Source of the DNA: Takakia lepidozioides
Lineage: Eukaryota; Plantae; Bryophyta
NCBI GenBank assembly: GCA_030704615.1
Contig: CM060732.1
Coordinates: 22,692,001-22,756,000, forward strand
Length of the DNA: 64,000 nt
Direction: 5' to 3'
The stretch's first letter is position 1. Every line of letters starts with the position of its first letter. Both the position numbers and the translations under genes were made by a program. Below, piece by piece: positions 47,181-60,276 of the stretch. The notes beneath the pieces were generated by a model that worked only from the letters and a program-made list of their open reading frames with translations, made no database searches and was not told where the DNA came from.

Positions 47181-50100
47181 TTGTGGTCATACAAGACTTC
47201 ATATAAAGTCACCACTAAGTATACACCATTCCAATTAGTTTATGGTATGGAAGCCTTACTTCCAGTGGAATTCCTGTTACCTACCATGAGAACGGAGTGG
47301 GGAAAGAGAATGGAATTGCAAGACTCCATCAAGGTCAGGAAACATGAATTATACCATGTGGAAGAAGTATGTGCTGATGCAGCTGATAATATGACCAGAA
47401 TTCAGATGAAGCGAAAGGAACAGTTTGATGAAGGCAAGTTAAAGACTTTTAAGACGGGGGATTTGGTTCTATGGTTGCAGAAGAAAGGAAAGATTCAAGC
47501 TTCTAAGCTTAAATCACCATGGAAAGGACCTTATGTCATACAAAAGATGTACGATAATAACACCGCCATGTTACAAACCATTAACAAAGAAATGCTGGGA
47601 AGAGTCAATGCCAATAAGTTGAAGGGGTACAGTGGTATCCATGACAAACCCTTGCAGCATGATTTGCATGTTGAACCGCAAGAGCAGTCACGGGCTGTAC
47701 CAGTGTTACGAACGGAGTATGGAGCACTTGTCGCTAGGCCCAGCATATATGACCAGGGCGGGCAAAACAAACGTGACACGGCCTATCACAGCCCATCAAG
47801 GCAAAGCACAGCCTATCACAGCCCATCACGACGTGACACAGCCTATCACAGCCCATCAAGGCAAAGCACAACCTATCACAGCCCATCACAACGTGACACA
47901 GCCTATCACAGCCCAGCACGGCGCAACACAGCCTATCACAACCTACCACAGCGTGTCACAGCCTATCACAGCTTACCACAGTGCATCACAGCCTATCACA
48001 GCGTAACACAGTATGATACAGCCTGTCACAGCTCAACACAGCCTACTAAAGTTACACGATCCATAGAATCAGTGACAGGTGGACGCATAATAACTTCAAG
48101 AAAATGGCTGACGGAAGAGAAAACGGAAATTAGTTTAAAAATAGACACGTGGAGGTCAGGGCGCGACACACAGCTTAGAAGGAAGTGCAAGAACAGGTGT
48201 CATAAAGAAAGAGGACAAGAACGGCCGTCAAAAGGGATGAAAGGCGGGCCCATTAATGAATACGGAAAAAGGGAAACGGAACGAACGGCAAGTACAGAAA
48301 AGCGAAATCCTTGTCACATGTGTGATCCTAGTGGACTATCCAACAGGGAAAGTCCACTAAAGAAAATAAAATCTAAAATCCAGTCACAGCGGATACAACC
48401 AATAGAAAACCAGAGAAAGGATCAAGAAAATGGAGGGAAATTGAGCGCAAGAGGCGGCGTCGTTCTGAGTAACGGGCGTCTCGACGGGACAGACCATCAA
48501 TGCTATAGCTTGGAAACTATGGAGGAACTAACAGACTATACGCTCGCAATATTACTTACGCAGTGGCATAGACACGAAAGGACAGAGCGGAGTTTTTCTC
48601 TTGAGCGATGCTTGCAAGCCCCGCAGGCTTACAAGAAATTACCCATAGCTTTTTGCGGCAACCATACGTTTATGCTTTGTGCACTACAGGCATTCCTGCA
48701 GTTATTACAGCCAAAACAGTTCTGTGAGTCTAAAATGAAGAGAGTGAGAGGAATGGAGGAAATCAGGGTGAAGAGCACCACAATTCTGCAGAAACAAATG
48801 ATTGCTACCCCACAGGCGATACAGATACTGGAGGAGCTGAGATTGCAAGGATTGCAAAGCCTAGATTGGACATTACACCATAGACAGTACATGTTACAAT
48901 TTTTGCATAACTTTGAGCCAAGGACAGGAACAACAACGGTGAAGGGAGTTGAATTGATGATTACTCCCCTATACCTCCAGCAATTGTTTCGATTGCCAGC
49001 AGGTCAGGTGCATGTGGAGGAACACAGGGCAAGACTGCAAATAGGGGACTTATTCCAAGAAGGGAGTTTCTTTAAAACTCAGGGTTATGCTTGTACCAAG
49101 GCTGTGTACCCAGGGCTAAAAGAGGTAGGCCAGGTATTGAACGTTCTGATTGCCATGAAACAGAACCAACAGTATTTGAGCAGATCCTTCACGGAGGAAA
49201 TACTCAAAGGCCTGAAGGGACAAGAGGTACAATGGGCGGACATAATGTACAACGCACTGGTGGAGGAGATGAAAAGATTACAAGGTACTACCGCAAAGTC
49301 TCCTATCATAGTGTCTGGCCCAATCATTGCTCAAATAATCCTTGATTCTGGCATACTTGATGCGCAAGAAATAAAGGAAATGGGAGTGTTTGAGCCAGAA
49401 ACCACTGCAATGGAAGAGCAAGGCTCTTCACACAGTGAGGGTGGACTAGCAGGGCAAACCGAGACTAAGAGGCAAAGACGGGGAAAGACTGTAGTGGCGG
49501 ATCCACTGGCTTCACGGATTCCGCATGATAATGTTTCCCAAGCTCATGGCCAGGAAGGGACACAGCAGCACAGAGAAATGCTATTACTGGAAGCAGGACC
49601 TTCAGAGAAGGAGGAGGAAGTTACTTCTGTATCACAACCATCACAGCCAGCTGATCGACTTGTCACAAGGTCACAAGTTGTCCATGCAGCTCAACCAGAA
49701 ATAATTGATTTGGAAAGAGAAGGGTTAGATATTCCAACTACAGAACAGATAGTGGCAGAAATGGAGAAGGGGGACCTTCTCTATGAATATTCTGGTCTGG
49801 TCAAGGAGACAGAGAGCCCAGAGGTGCAACAGTTGCCCAAGGGAAATCCTGAGGTGCATATAATACACACACCTGTGTCGGAGGTACCACAGGCGGAAGG
49901 TCATGACATTGTAGCACCGGTGATAGATGAAGTAGTTCAGGAAGAAAATCCGGTGGGACAATGGCCTGAATGGTTCGTGAGACATCACACTGTTGAGGAT
50001 CAGGAGGAACAGCAGCAACCTCACCATGATGATCCTCAACAGGCAATGCTGATGAGTTCCATAGGCAGGACACTTAATTTGTTGGGGACTTATGTCAAAT

Positions 50101-52285
50101 CCCATGTTCCAACTACCCAATTGATAGCCTTGAGAGAGGAACTCAGGAATGAGTTCGAGGCTCGACTAGCCACTGAGTGTGCAAACAAGGTCGATGAAGA
50201 GGTCACTCTCAAGATGCAGCAGGACTTGGGAAATACAGAAGCGGCTTTGCAATTGGCCAAGGAACAATTGATTGAGGCAGGCCTCGCGCAAGACCAGTTG
50301 CACGAAGCACATAAGCAACAGCTCTACCAAATGCAGGTGCAGCATGAAAGCAAGTTGCAAGAAGTGAATGCACTACATACGGAGTTGCAGATAGTGCATG
50401 ATAGGATGGCGATACAATGTGCTACATTCACAACTATGCTTGAACAATCTACAAAAGAAATAAACAGTCAAGCGGAAAAATGTACGAAGGCAGAAGAGGA
50501 GAATGTTGAGCAATTGAAACTCATTGTCGATATGAAGAACACAATCTGTCGCAATGAGGATGCTTTCAAGCAATACAGGCAGGTTGAAGCTGATAAAGAG
50601 AAGCACATCGTGGAGTTGCACCAAACGATCATGGCCAATAGAAATGAAATCGCGGTCAATAACAAGGCTTGGAGGGAAGCTAATAATCTGGCTGTTGCCT
50701 ATGTGAAGTTGGTTGAACCTCAGGCGAAGCGCATGGAGGCTTTACAACAGCAGTTAGAAGTGTACAAGCTAAGAGAGGAGCAAACTCTCAGGAGAACCAC
50801 AAGCAACTTGGTGGATAACAGTCTTATGCAGGTCTGGTTACCACAAGGGCTAGTAGAGGGCAAAGCACCACGAAAGCTCACCCAAAGCGAGATGAATGAG
50901 CTCAGGCTGCAGGTGCAGAACATTGCCACAACTACTATAGACAATGTCTATAGTAGGATAGCAGAGTTACAAGAGGATGTAGACGGACTGCAGACTCAAG
51001 TGGAGGACCTCACTTCAAACATCGACAAAAGAGTCTATATCCCTCAGGAACAGCTAATGGCTTCTTATTTACAAGCCAGAACTTTGGCTTTTCAGTCTTC
51101 ACAGGAGGTGCAGGAGATGCCAATGATACAAGAGCCAGTACCACCACCACCACAACAAGTCACTGTACCAGTAGTTGAACCTGTGGTTACTACAACCACA
51201 CCACAGCCACCACAGACTGAGGTATGGGGCAATGCTGCTTTTAACCCACCTAAAACTCCAGCTGCAAGGGAGTACAGTAGGGCTATGATTATGCCTTCAA
51301 CCAAATTCCCATCATGTTGGATTTGGCTTGGAAAGAATTTAGTCCTCCGCAGTCATTCGCACATTACTACCAAATCATGCGTATTTGGCTGCCAGTGGCA
51401 ACTAGGACTAAAGTTCTTCCGAACAATCGACATATTGAAGATTATCACTTTGCACAATACTGGCACGAGGCAGGTACCATGTTGAGGGAATTGATTGTTT
51501 TCCAGGTTGTACATGGACTCATTTATACCAAGACCAAGGAGGTAGCAAGTATTGTCATGGGATGCGGGTTATACTACGCTGCTTGTTTTCTGGTACGTTA
51601 CCACATTGAGCAACAAAAGATGCAAACACGCTTTCTGAGTTATTCCAGTGGAGATCATTGGGTATTACCTTCAGTGCCACCTCATATGTACCTATATGAC
51701 CCAAAAGTTATGATGCAAAAGGATTCTCAAATTCGTTCATGGTTTCAAGCGGCCTGGAACAATTTGTCAACACAGAAATTCGGCATTGATGATATTTTCT
51801 ATAAGGGACATGTGGCATGGAAATACTTGCACGCTGCACCAGTAATTGGTACCCCACTCACCTGGACAGACAAGGAGCTCAGTGTCTACACCAATTTTGC
51901 TGTTCAGCGGTTACACCAAGTTGTAAAATATAAACTTCCAGACATGGTAGGACAGCATTGTATGCCCCAGATGATTCCACAAAAAGTTCGAAAATTAAAA
52001 CACCTGAGAGGCGATGAGGATTCTGATACAACTGTTTTTACACCGAATTCTTTTGACATGGGAGAAGACTATGCAATTCAAATGGCGAAGAAGAAGAGAC
52101 GGGGGTCTCCTATGCCGGAAATGTTACCTCGATATCAGCCTCCAGAGGGCCTCACTTATCCAGGCAGTGACCAACCATCTCCGTCAACCACAGACAGACC
52201 TAGGGCTCGTACACACAGTCCGCCACGAAACTCTCAACGTCAAAAAGGTGCTCACTCACAAAGGTTTGCTAATCGAAATCAGTAA
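47181..52285 (+). CDS. Integrase C-terminus in frame with a long accessory 3' ORF (coiled coil; one frame change near 51310)
   Basis: A 1434-aa open frame containing TPFQLVYG and WKGPY, then decamer repeats, then YMLQFLHNFEPRTGTTTVKGVELMITPLYLQQLFRLP and a long heptad-rich region. It continues as the 323-aa ORF 51314-52285. Confidence 0.7.
47772..48045 (+). repeat. 30-bp in-frame tandem repeat (about 9 copies)
   Basis: ACAGCCTATCACAGCCCATCA-type units encoding TAYHSPSRQS/TAYHSPSRRD. Confidence 0.9.
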
Positions 52286-54369
52286 ACCGTGAGGACACGG
52301 CTTTTTGAGGGGGGAAGGGGTAATGTTAGAGGACTGTCGGGGACTTAGACACTTATACAGGATCTGTAGGGTACCCTTAATTTTTGCACAGACTGAGACC
52401 AACAGGAGCCTTAGGGGTGACAGCAGCGCACTGTAGAGGGGGGTTACACAGCCCATCACAGTAGTCACAGCCGACACAGCCCATCACAGTCGTCACAGCC
52501 GACACAGCCATCGCAGCCAACACAGCCCGTCACAGTCATCACAGCCGACACAGCCAACAAGCCCGTTACAGTCGTCACAGCAGACACAGCCGACACAGCC
52601 ACACAGCCAGTCACAACCGACACAGCCAAACACAGTCGCACAGCCAGTCACAGCCCGTCACAGTTTCACACAGCCAGTCACAGCTTGACACAGCTGTCAC
52701 GATCATAGGGAACAGAGAGCAGGACAGGGAACGACTGTGGGGAACAACACCTGCGAAGGGAACATGTTAGTTCACAGACGATGGTTAGTGAGGGAAACGG
52801 TTAGAACCACGGGAAGGAAGATAAAGGGAGAAGGGAGATCATTTTAGGGACTTCTGGGTCATGGAGGAGAGGGGATCGGGCAGAGATTAAGAACGGAAGT
52901 GAAGATAGAGAGATGATGAGTAGATACTTGTTATATGCAAGGCTGTAATGATATTGTAGAGCAGATTAGAGACACAATGGCTTCGGCCTGATACTTGATA
53001 AATCATAATCGGATACTTTTACGATACAATCACACTGTGTAGAGAGATCTGAGTGAAGCTGTGGAATGAATGGATGAGTTGATGGAATCCAATAGATTGA
53101 TAAAGCAAACTGATACTTAAATATAAATGGTAAGGTAGCTAACATGAATGCCAAAAGGGAAACAAATAGGAATCACCCCCATGATACACTAGCTGTAGGT
53201 CATGACTGATTGTTCTGCGCGGGCTGAGTACTTAGAGATTTCCAACTCTTCTATCTTGGAGTTTCCGCCTCGAATAGCGAAGGGATGGGTGAGTAAATTC
53301 AGCGCGACATGGGCTCCACCTAGTGAGCGCCTCCGCCTCCTTGAGTGCTTTGGGCACTCAAGGGTGCTTCAGCCTCTGTACCTATCGCTGCTACTGCCCC
53401 CACCACAGGGGCAGCCCCTCTTGTGTCCCGACCTCCCTGCCCTCAAGGCAAAGGGCCGCGACACACACCCCTACCAACAGGGAGTCGATGTCCTCATCGA
53501 CTTGTCCATTTTGTAGAAACGAACATCCAAGTTGTGGCGTCCCACATCAAGGAGTTTGTTTCCGTACCATGGCGTCCCATGGCAAAGAACCAAACCCCAC
53601 ACTTGACTCTACTCTCCACTAGCTAGTTCGGCCGACTTCCTCCAAGTCCCGGCCAAGGGTGGAGCCTCTCCAGCTCCTCCCAGTGCACTCTTCTTGGCCT
53701 ACTTCAAGGCCAAGGAACGATCATCCCCGAGGATCGAATCGCCTTACTGCAACAACATTGCTTGCGATCGCTCATGATGCCGCTTTTGGCATCACCTTGA
53801 GCAAGGGTTCACCTGGAACCCTCTTTGACTAGGAAGATAACCTTGAACCAACCGTGCGCCCCAATCACTACAATTGGGTCCGCCTTGGAATGCTGGCCTG
53901 AGGTACGGGAACACGCCGAAGCCGCACTACGACTTCGTCCCGAGGCTACACGATTATAGTACGTGAACAGAAGCACGTAGCTTCCACGTTAGCCCGCACT
54001 ACAAGGCAACCCCCTCGGTAGCGCAGTTATAGTACGCGCACGCGCCAGGTGCGCACTAGCACGTGAACTCCCAAAGAAGGCGCAAGTTTCCTTGCCCCTT
54101 GGATGGGAGTCACCCGATTTCGGCACTGCGCAAACAGACGATTAACCCAATTTACCTCTCCCACTTTTGTAAGCTAGCATGCATTCTTTACACTAGTCAA
54201 TCACACCATGCATCACCATTCCAAACACAATAGGATGCACAATATTTGGAACCCATTTCCTTTATAACAAATTTTTGTACAATACAAGTTTTTGCAATCG
54301 GATTCCTGAGCTAGCTAAACCGGGCTAAGCATGCATTTCCTCCCCCACGCTCCAAGGTTGATGTCCCCA

Positions 54370-57300
54370 TCAACGCTTCTTTCGCTTTTGAGGTCGCCCT
54401 TCGAAAGCTGCAACCGCCTCGGATGCATTTCCCATTTCTGAGGCACGCACCCAAGATGCCTCCACATGATGATAGCCCTTCCATTTGACGAGATACTCCG
54501 TTTCTCGGTTCCTGAACCTCCTCGACTTAAGTATTGCCTCCACCTCATACTCAGGTTCATTTTCATGATCCAACAACATAGGTGGCGGACGCAACACTTG
54601 ATGCCGATTCGGACGCGCTTCATCTTTGAAGTAAGGCTTCAAAAGGGAGACATGGAATACTGGGTGCACCTTGCTGTTTGCCGGCAGCTCCAATTCATAC
54701 ACATCCTCATTCATAACCTTCCGAATGCGAAAGGGTCCCACATACGGGGTACGAACTTCGGACTCACTTCCGGAGGTAGTCGGAAATTCTTGATGTTCAA
54801 CCAGACCTCTGTGCCTGCCTCAAACTTCACTTCCCTCCGCTTCCGATTCGCCTGCCTTTCATACCGTTTCCTAGCTTTGGCAATATTGTACTTTGCGAGC
54901 TTCAACAAACGCTCGCGTTCTTCCAGTACCGCCGCTACTGCCGGTTCCTCAACGTCCTGGGCGGCCCAACTTGTCGGCACCAGAGGTGCTTTTCCATAGA
55001 CCAATACAAAAGGGGAAACTCCCGTTGCGGAGTGTTCTGTGTTATTATAACAGAACTCTGCCGTGTCTAAGTGTTCCATCCAGTCTGATTGGTCTGCCGA
55101 CACGTAATTCCGCAAGAATTGCTTCACTACGGAATTCACTCTTTCCGTTTGGCCGTCCGTCGTAGGTCGGAAGGCGGTGCTCATCTTCAGCCTCGTCCCC
55201 ATCTTCTTCCAAAGTGTCCTCCAAAATTTACTCGTAAACTTTGGATCGCGATCCGAGACAATATCCTTCGGGACTCCATGATGCTTTAAGACGTGGGCGA
55301 AGTAAAGTCGTCGTGTCTCCTGCGCCGTTGCCGTCTCCTTGGTGGGGATGAAATGGCCCATTTTACTGAACCTATCTACCACCACCATGATTGCATCGAA
55401 TCCTTTTGACAGCGGCATAGCAGTCATGAAATCCATCGAGACGCTTTCCCAAGTCCCCTCTGGAATCGGCAAGGGTTGTAACAGCCCCGCTTGCTTTTAC
55501 TCGCTCCGGTTTTGTTGGCATGTGGTGCATGTCTTGACATACTCCTCTGCCTCCTCCCTCAGTTTGGGCCATAAATACTCTTTCTTCAAGAGTGCCACAG
55601 TGCGCTTGGCTCCGCCGTGGCCCGCAAGTGGGCTATCATGGCATTCTCTCAAGAGGCTATCTCTGATCCCTCCCTTCGGCACGTAGAGACGTTTTTGCTT
55701 ATACCGGAGCAGTCCATTTTGCAAGTGGAACTGCGATTTAACCCCCATTCTCAAGTCCTGCATCACGGACTTTGCCAGCTCATCCTTCCGGCAAGCCTTC
55801 CGGATCTTCCTTTGGAGCGCCGTCTCGCCCTTGTACACCAACAAGAGCTACTGCTTTCTACTTAAAGCATCGGCCACCACATTGTCCCGTCCCGGTTTGT
55901 ACTGGATATCCACGTCGAACACTGCCAAAGTATCTTGCCACCTAAGTTGTTTTGGGGACAACTTGGGTGCGTGGCAAAATACTTCACCGTGACATTGTCC
56001 GTGAACACCTTCACTGGGTTGGAACCAACATAGTGGCGCCAGAGCTCAAGGCAATGCACACACCGCCTTCATCTCTTTTTCGTGCGTCGGCCACCGTCGC
56101 TCCACTTCATTCAGTTTCTTACTTTCGTAAGCCACTGGACGTCCATCTTGCATAAGTACACCCCCAATCGCGAAGTCCGATGCATCTGTATGAATCTCAA
56201 ACGGACGATCGAACTCCGGGATTTTCAAGACTGGAGCTTCCGTCATCCGCTGCTTCAATTCAGCAAAAGCTTGGCCACAAAATGTGTTCCATACCCAGAC
56301 TTTGGATTTACACAGAAGGTCCGACAGCGGCCCTGCGATCTTGGCGAAATTTCTCACATACTTCCGGTAATAGGAGGCGAGTCCTAGGAAGGATCGCACT
56401 CCCGGGACCGAAGTCAGAGGCTCCCAGTCCAAGATCGCCCTCACCTTTCTGTCATCCATTTTGATCCCATCCTGTGTAATCACATGCCCTAGGAACTCCA
56501 CTTTTGTGACCCCGAATTCGCACTTTGAAGCTTTGGCATACAGCTTCCCTTCTCGCAATTTTTGGAACACCCTTTTGAGGTGCTCCAGGTGCTCCTCCTT
56601 TGTTTTCGAGTACACCAAGATGTCGTCGATGTACACGATCACAAAGTCATCCAACCACTCCTGGAAAAGGCTGTTCATCAGCGTGCTAAATGTCGCTGGT
56701 GCATTGGTGAGCCCAAAAGGCATCACCAAGAACTCATATGAACCATACCTTGTCCTGCACGCGGTCTTCTCCTCATCTCCTTCCGCCACCCGAATTTGGT
56801 GATAGCCGGAGCGCAAGTCGATCCGGCTGAAATACTTCGCTCCTGCCAACCGATCGAAGAGGTCGTCGATCCTTGGCAAAGGGTACCGGTTTTTGATAGT
56901 CACCTTATTCAGAGCCCTGTAATCGACACACATCCGCAGCGTCCCATCTTTCTTGTTTGCAAATAGCACCGGGGCTCCGTAAGGTGACTTACTCGGCCGG
57001 ATGTACCCCTTTGACATTAGATCCTTGAGCTGAGTCTTCAGCTCGACCAACTCTCTGTGGCTCAACCGGTAGGGCGCCTTGGCAGGCGGTTTCGATCCTG
57101 GTATCACCTCAATCTTGTGGTCAACTCCTCTTCGCGGTGGCAAGCCGCTTGGTAAATCCTCCGGCATCACATCCTGGTATTTCTCCAAAATCCCCTTGAT
57201 CCAATCTGGGCTCGGCTCCCCCTCGCCTTCTCTTTTCACTTCTCTAATGTAAAGCAAAAACTGGGGCTCGTGTGCCTCCTCCACGGCCCACTCCTTTGCT

Positions 57301-58927
57301 AACAGAAGGTTTATTCGCCCTCCCACGGATTTGGGCGTTTCTGACACTCATAAAACCTCGTCGCCATTCCCACATGGCAGCGTGACTACTCTCTTGCGGC
57401 CATCTATGACCGCTCCGGATTTGCTCAAAAAGGTCATCCCCAAAATGAGATCCACTCCATCGATCTCGCAGATGGTGAAGTTCTCACGTCCCTCCCAACT
57501 CCCCAGTTGAAGAGGAACATCAATCGCCAACCTTGTCGCCAACTGTGGTTCTCCTTTGGCAGAACGCACCTCAATAGAGGCCCCCACGTCACTTGTCGGG
57601 AGTCCCAGTTTTTGTGCCGTTGCCGGTGTCATGAAGGAGTGCGACACTCCTGTGTCCACCAACAACGACACATTAGTTCGGATATTATCCCATCCACGAA
57701 CAATAACTGACTCCTTTTTCGTAAGGCGCCAGTTTCCTGATACAACTCACAAGAAAATTTGCCTACCTTGCAAGTCCTGGCGACCACCGCTTCCACCAAG
57801 CGACTGATGGTATCTTCCGACAGCTCCGTGGTCGCCCGAGTCATGTTCAATTGCCGGGGCTTCGTGCACTTCTTGGCCAGGTGCCCGGGCTCCCCGCAAT
57901 TGAAACATACTCCATCAAAGGTCGCCTTCTGTCCGCCATAAGCCGCTCCACCCGCTTTTCCTTTCGAAGCACCGGGTGCCGCCTTGACGTGTGAAGGCCC
58001 TCCCTTCGATTTCCACGTGCCATTTTCGCCGCGTGGCCTATCCCACTTCTTTTCCGGTCGGAAGGAGTCACCTTCCCGCCGAATCTTCTTGTGGTTCAGC
58101 TCCGTACGACCTTGTCTTTCACCCCTAGGAACATCTGAGAAACATTCAGCCCTCTCAATTGCCTCGTTCAAAGTCTTGGGTGGCTTCTCCTCCAACTTCC
58201 GCCTGGCCCATGGGGCCAGTCCCGCCACAAAGTTGAAGACCATTTCTGGTTCTGCCATGTCCGCGACTTTGAGCAACAGCACATTGAAAGCCTGGACATA
58301 TCCCCGAATGTCATCTGTTTGCTTCAAATTCCTCATCTTGTCCCGGGCGAGCCAGGACGCGTTGAGGGGCACAAACTGTCTCTTCATCAAATCCTTGAAC
58401 CCACTCCAGTTCAAGGTTTCCGGGCTTGGACCTCGGTCGTGAAGGCGTTTCTGCCACCATTGTTGAGCATAGCCCCTCAAATAGGTGGGGGCCACTTCCA
58501 CCCGATCCTCGTCACTCAACTTGGCCGCCCGGAAGTACTTCTCTAGCTCCAAGAGCCAGGTGTTGAGTGCCTTCCGATTTTGGACGCCCTCAAAGGTGTC
58601 GGGTTCCTTAGGCTTCACCTTAAACTTTGCCTTAGCGGAAGTGGCATTAGCCGCCTTCAACACGTCTTTCAACGTCCCGCCAAACTGCGCCAACAACCCT
58701 TCCCAAAAGGCTGCCGGCATGGGAGGCATCTCTTGATTTGTCGGAGCTCTCAAGGATTCCTCGGGCTCCGACTCCTCGGATTCCTCCTGCTCCTGAGCGG
58801 CCTCGTTTTCGGAAACATTCATCGCTTCCTCAAACGGCCGCCTCGGTGACACGTCGCCCCCATCGGGCTCACCGGGATCATCATCTTTTGGGCCGTTCCG
58901 CTTTCGCTTCGGCTTGCCCGACCCCAT
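54370..58927 (-). pseudogene. gag-pol: gag-pol of chromovirus element B (Gag, PR, RT, RH, IN, chromodomain)
   Basis: Zinc knuckle CFNCGEPGHLAKKC; PR LVDTGVSHSF; [11 protein letters not shown] and VYIDDIL; RH TDASD and HEKEMKAV; IN CHDSPLAGH...CTTC, SMDF and SDRDPKF; chromodomain YEVEAIL...EYLVKWKGY..VEASW. Several frameshifts and stops. Confidence 0.95.
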
Positions 58928-60276
58928 GATGAGGCCAATCCCAAGGACGATCGCGTACTGAACTCTAAGCTCTGATACCAAGTGTCGCGCACCTCACTTC
59001 GGTAAACTCCCCTTCAAGTCATAGTAACTCGCTTTGATGCGCGCGCCTGACTCCCAACCTGGCCGCCGGGCCAACTTGGAGCTTCGGCTGCTCACCGGGA
59101 CATAACGGTCCCCCCTTCACTTCCCTCTAAAACCCTCCACCTAATTGGGACTAGGAGAATTCCCTTTGGTAGATGGCAGTCCGGAACAGCTCCCCACTCT
59201 TTGGTCGCTTTCCGGCTCGCTCGCTTACTCACTAGTTTTTTGACACCAACGGGCTTGCACCGTTCTCGGGGTTACTACTCCCTATATATACTTCTGTAGC
59301 TGTCCGCGGGGGTTTCACAACCAGCCATGCCATTTTATGGCGAACCACCACGAAGACCCTCGATTCTCGGTGGTGAGTCGCGGTGAGTCTTGGCCCGCTC
59401 ACCACGGCCCTTATGGACCGTGATGAGTCCCAAGACTCCCCACGACTCCCACCACGAGGTCTCTGCCCCCTTGGTGAGTCCTATGCCACCCCCACTAAGT
59501 CCCACTAAGTCCCACTAAGCTACCACCACCCCTTGTGGAGCCACCCCCCACCGCAACCCGGTGTGCGGGGCTCCACCTAGTGAGCGCCTCCGCCTCCTTG
59601 AGTGCTTTGGGCACTCAAGGGTGCTTCAGCCCCTGTACCTATCGCTGCTACTGCCCCCACCACAGGGGCAGCCCCTCTTGTGTCCCGACCTCCCTGCCCT
59701 CAAGGCAAAGGGCGCGACATCTGGTGGGATCATGGTGGTTGGAGAATTAAAGAATTTGATGTGAATCAAATTCCTTGTGAAACTGAGAAGGAAAGATTGT
59801 CCAAACGATTCTTTCAGAGGTTCTTGGAATTGCCAGACGGTTGTAAAGAAAACATTCTTAAGAGAGTGCATGATGCTGACCCTGAGTGCGGTCTGGAGAA
59901 AGGAGTGATAAAGATTTATCAGGTGGCATGTAGAGGAAGAGCACGTTGGTTACCAACACTGGTTTATGTGATAGCATTGCTATCCATTAAGCGAGTAGAG
60001 TTTGAAGGCTGGGAGGAAAGAAAGGTGAATGTTTATACTCATATGCATGAAGAGCTTGTACTGGTAAAGAATTGGATTCCAAAGGATATTTTGTGGATCA
60101 AACTGACACCAAAAACAGCTTTCCAGACTTGTTTGCCATATGATTATATGGTAACGGAGACTTCTAGTATAGCCAAGGGTGTATTGAAGCTTGAAAGAAA
60201 CCCAGGCATATACGAGAGATATTACAGAAGAGAGTTTTGGTTATTGCCACATTAAAAGAAATGAAAGACATGGGAC

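Larger units (their letters stand above)
43182..53309 (+). mobile_element. Element C: LTR-to-LTR family A element with an internal pol deletion
   Basis: LTRs at 43182-44252 and 52324-53309, PBS at 44255-44272, PPT at about 52307-52320, TSD GGGGC/TGGGC. Gag joins directly to the integrase C-terminus at about 47172. Confidence 0.95.
42603..59719 (-). mobile_element. Element B: chromovirus Ty3/gypsy (Galadriel-like), defective
   Basis: 5' LTR at 58983-59719. 3' LTR at 42603-43181 plus 53310-53463, split by element C. The 5-bp TSD TCTGG lies at 42598-42602 and 59720-59724. PBS TGGTATCAGAGC (tRNA-iMet) lies at about 58969-58980. Confidence 0.95.

Noticed and set aside
53470-54300. Additional ORF in the 3' region of chromovirus B
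   Set aside because: Only short ORFs overlapping the LTR or antisense to pol are present, with no domain evidence.
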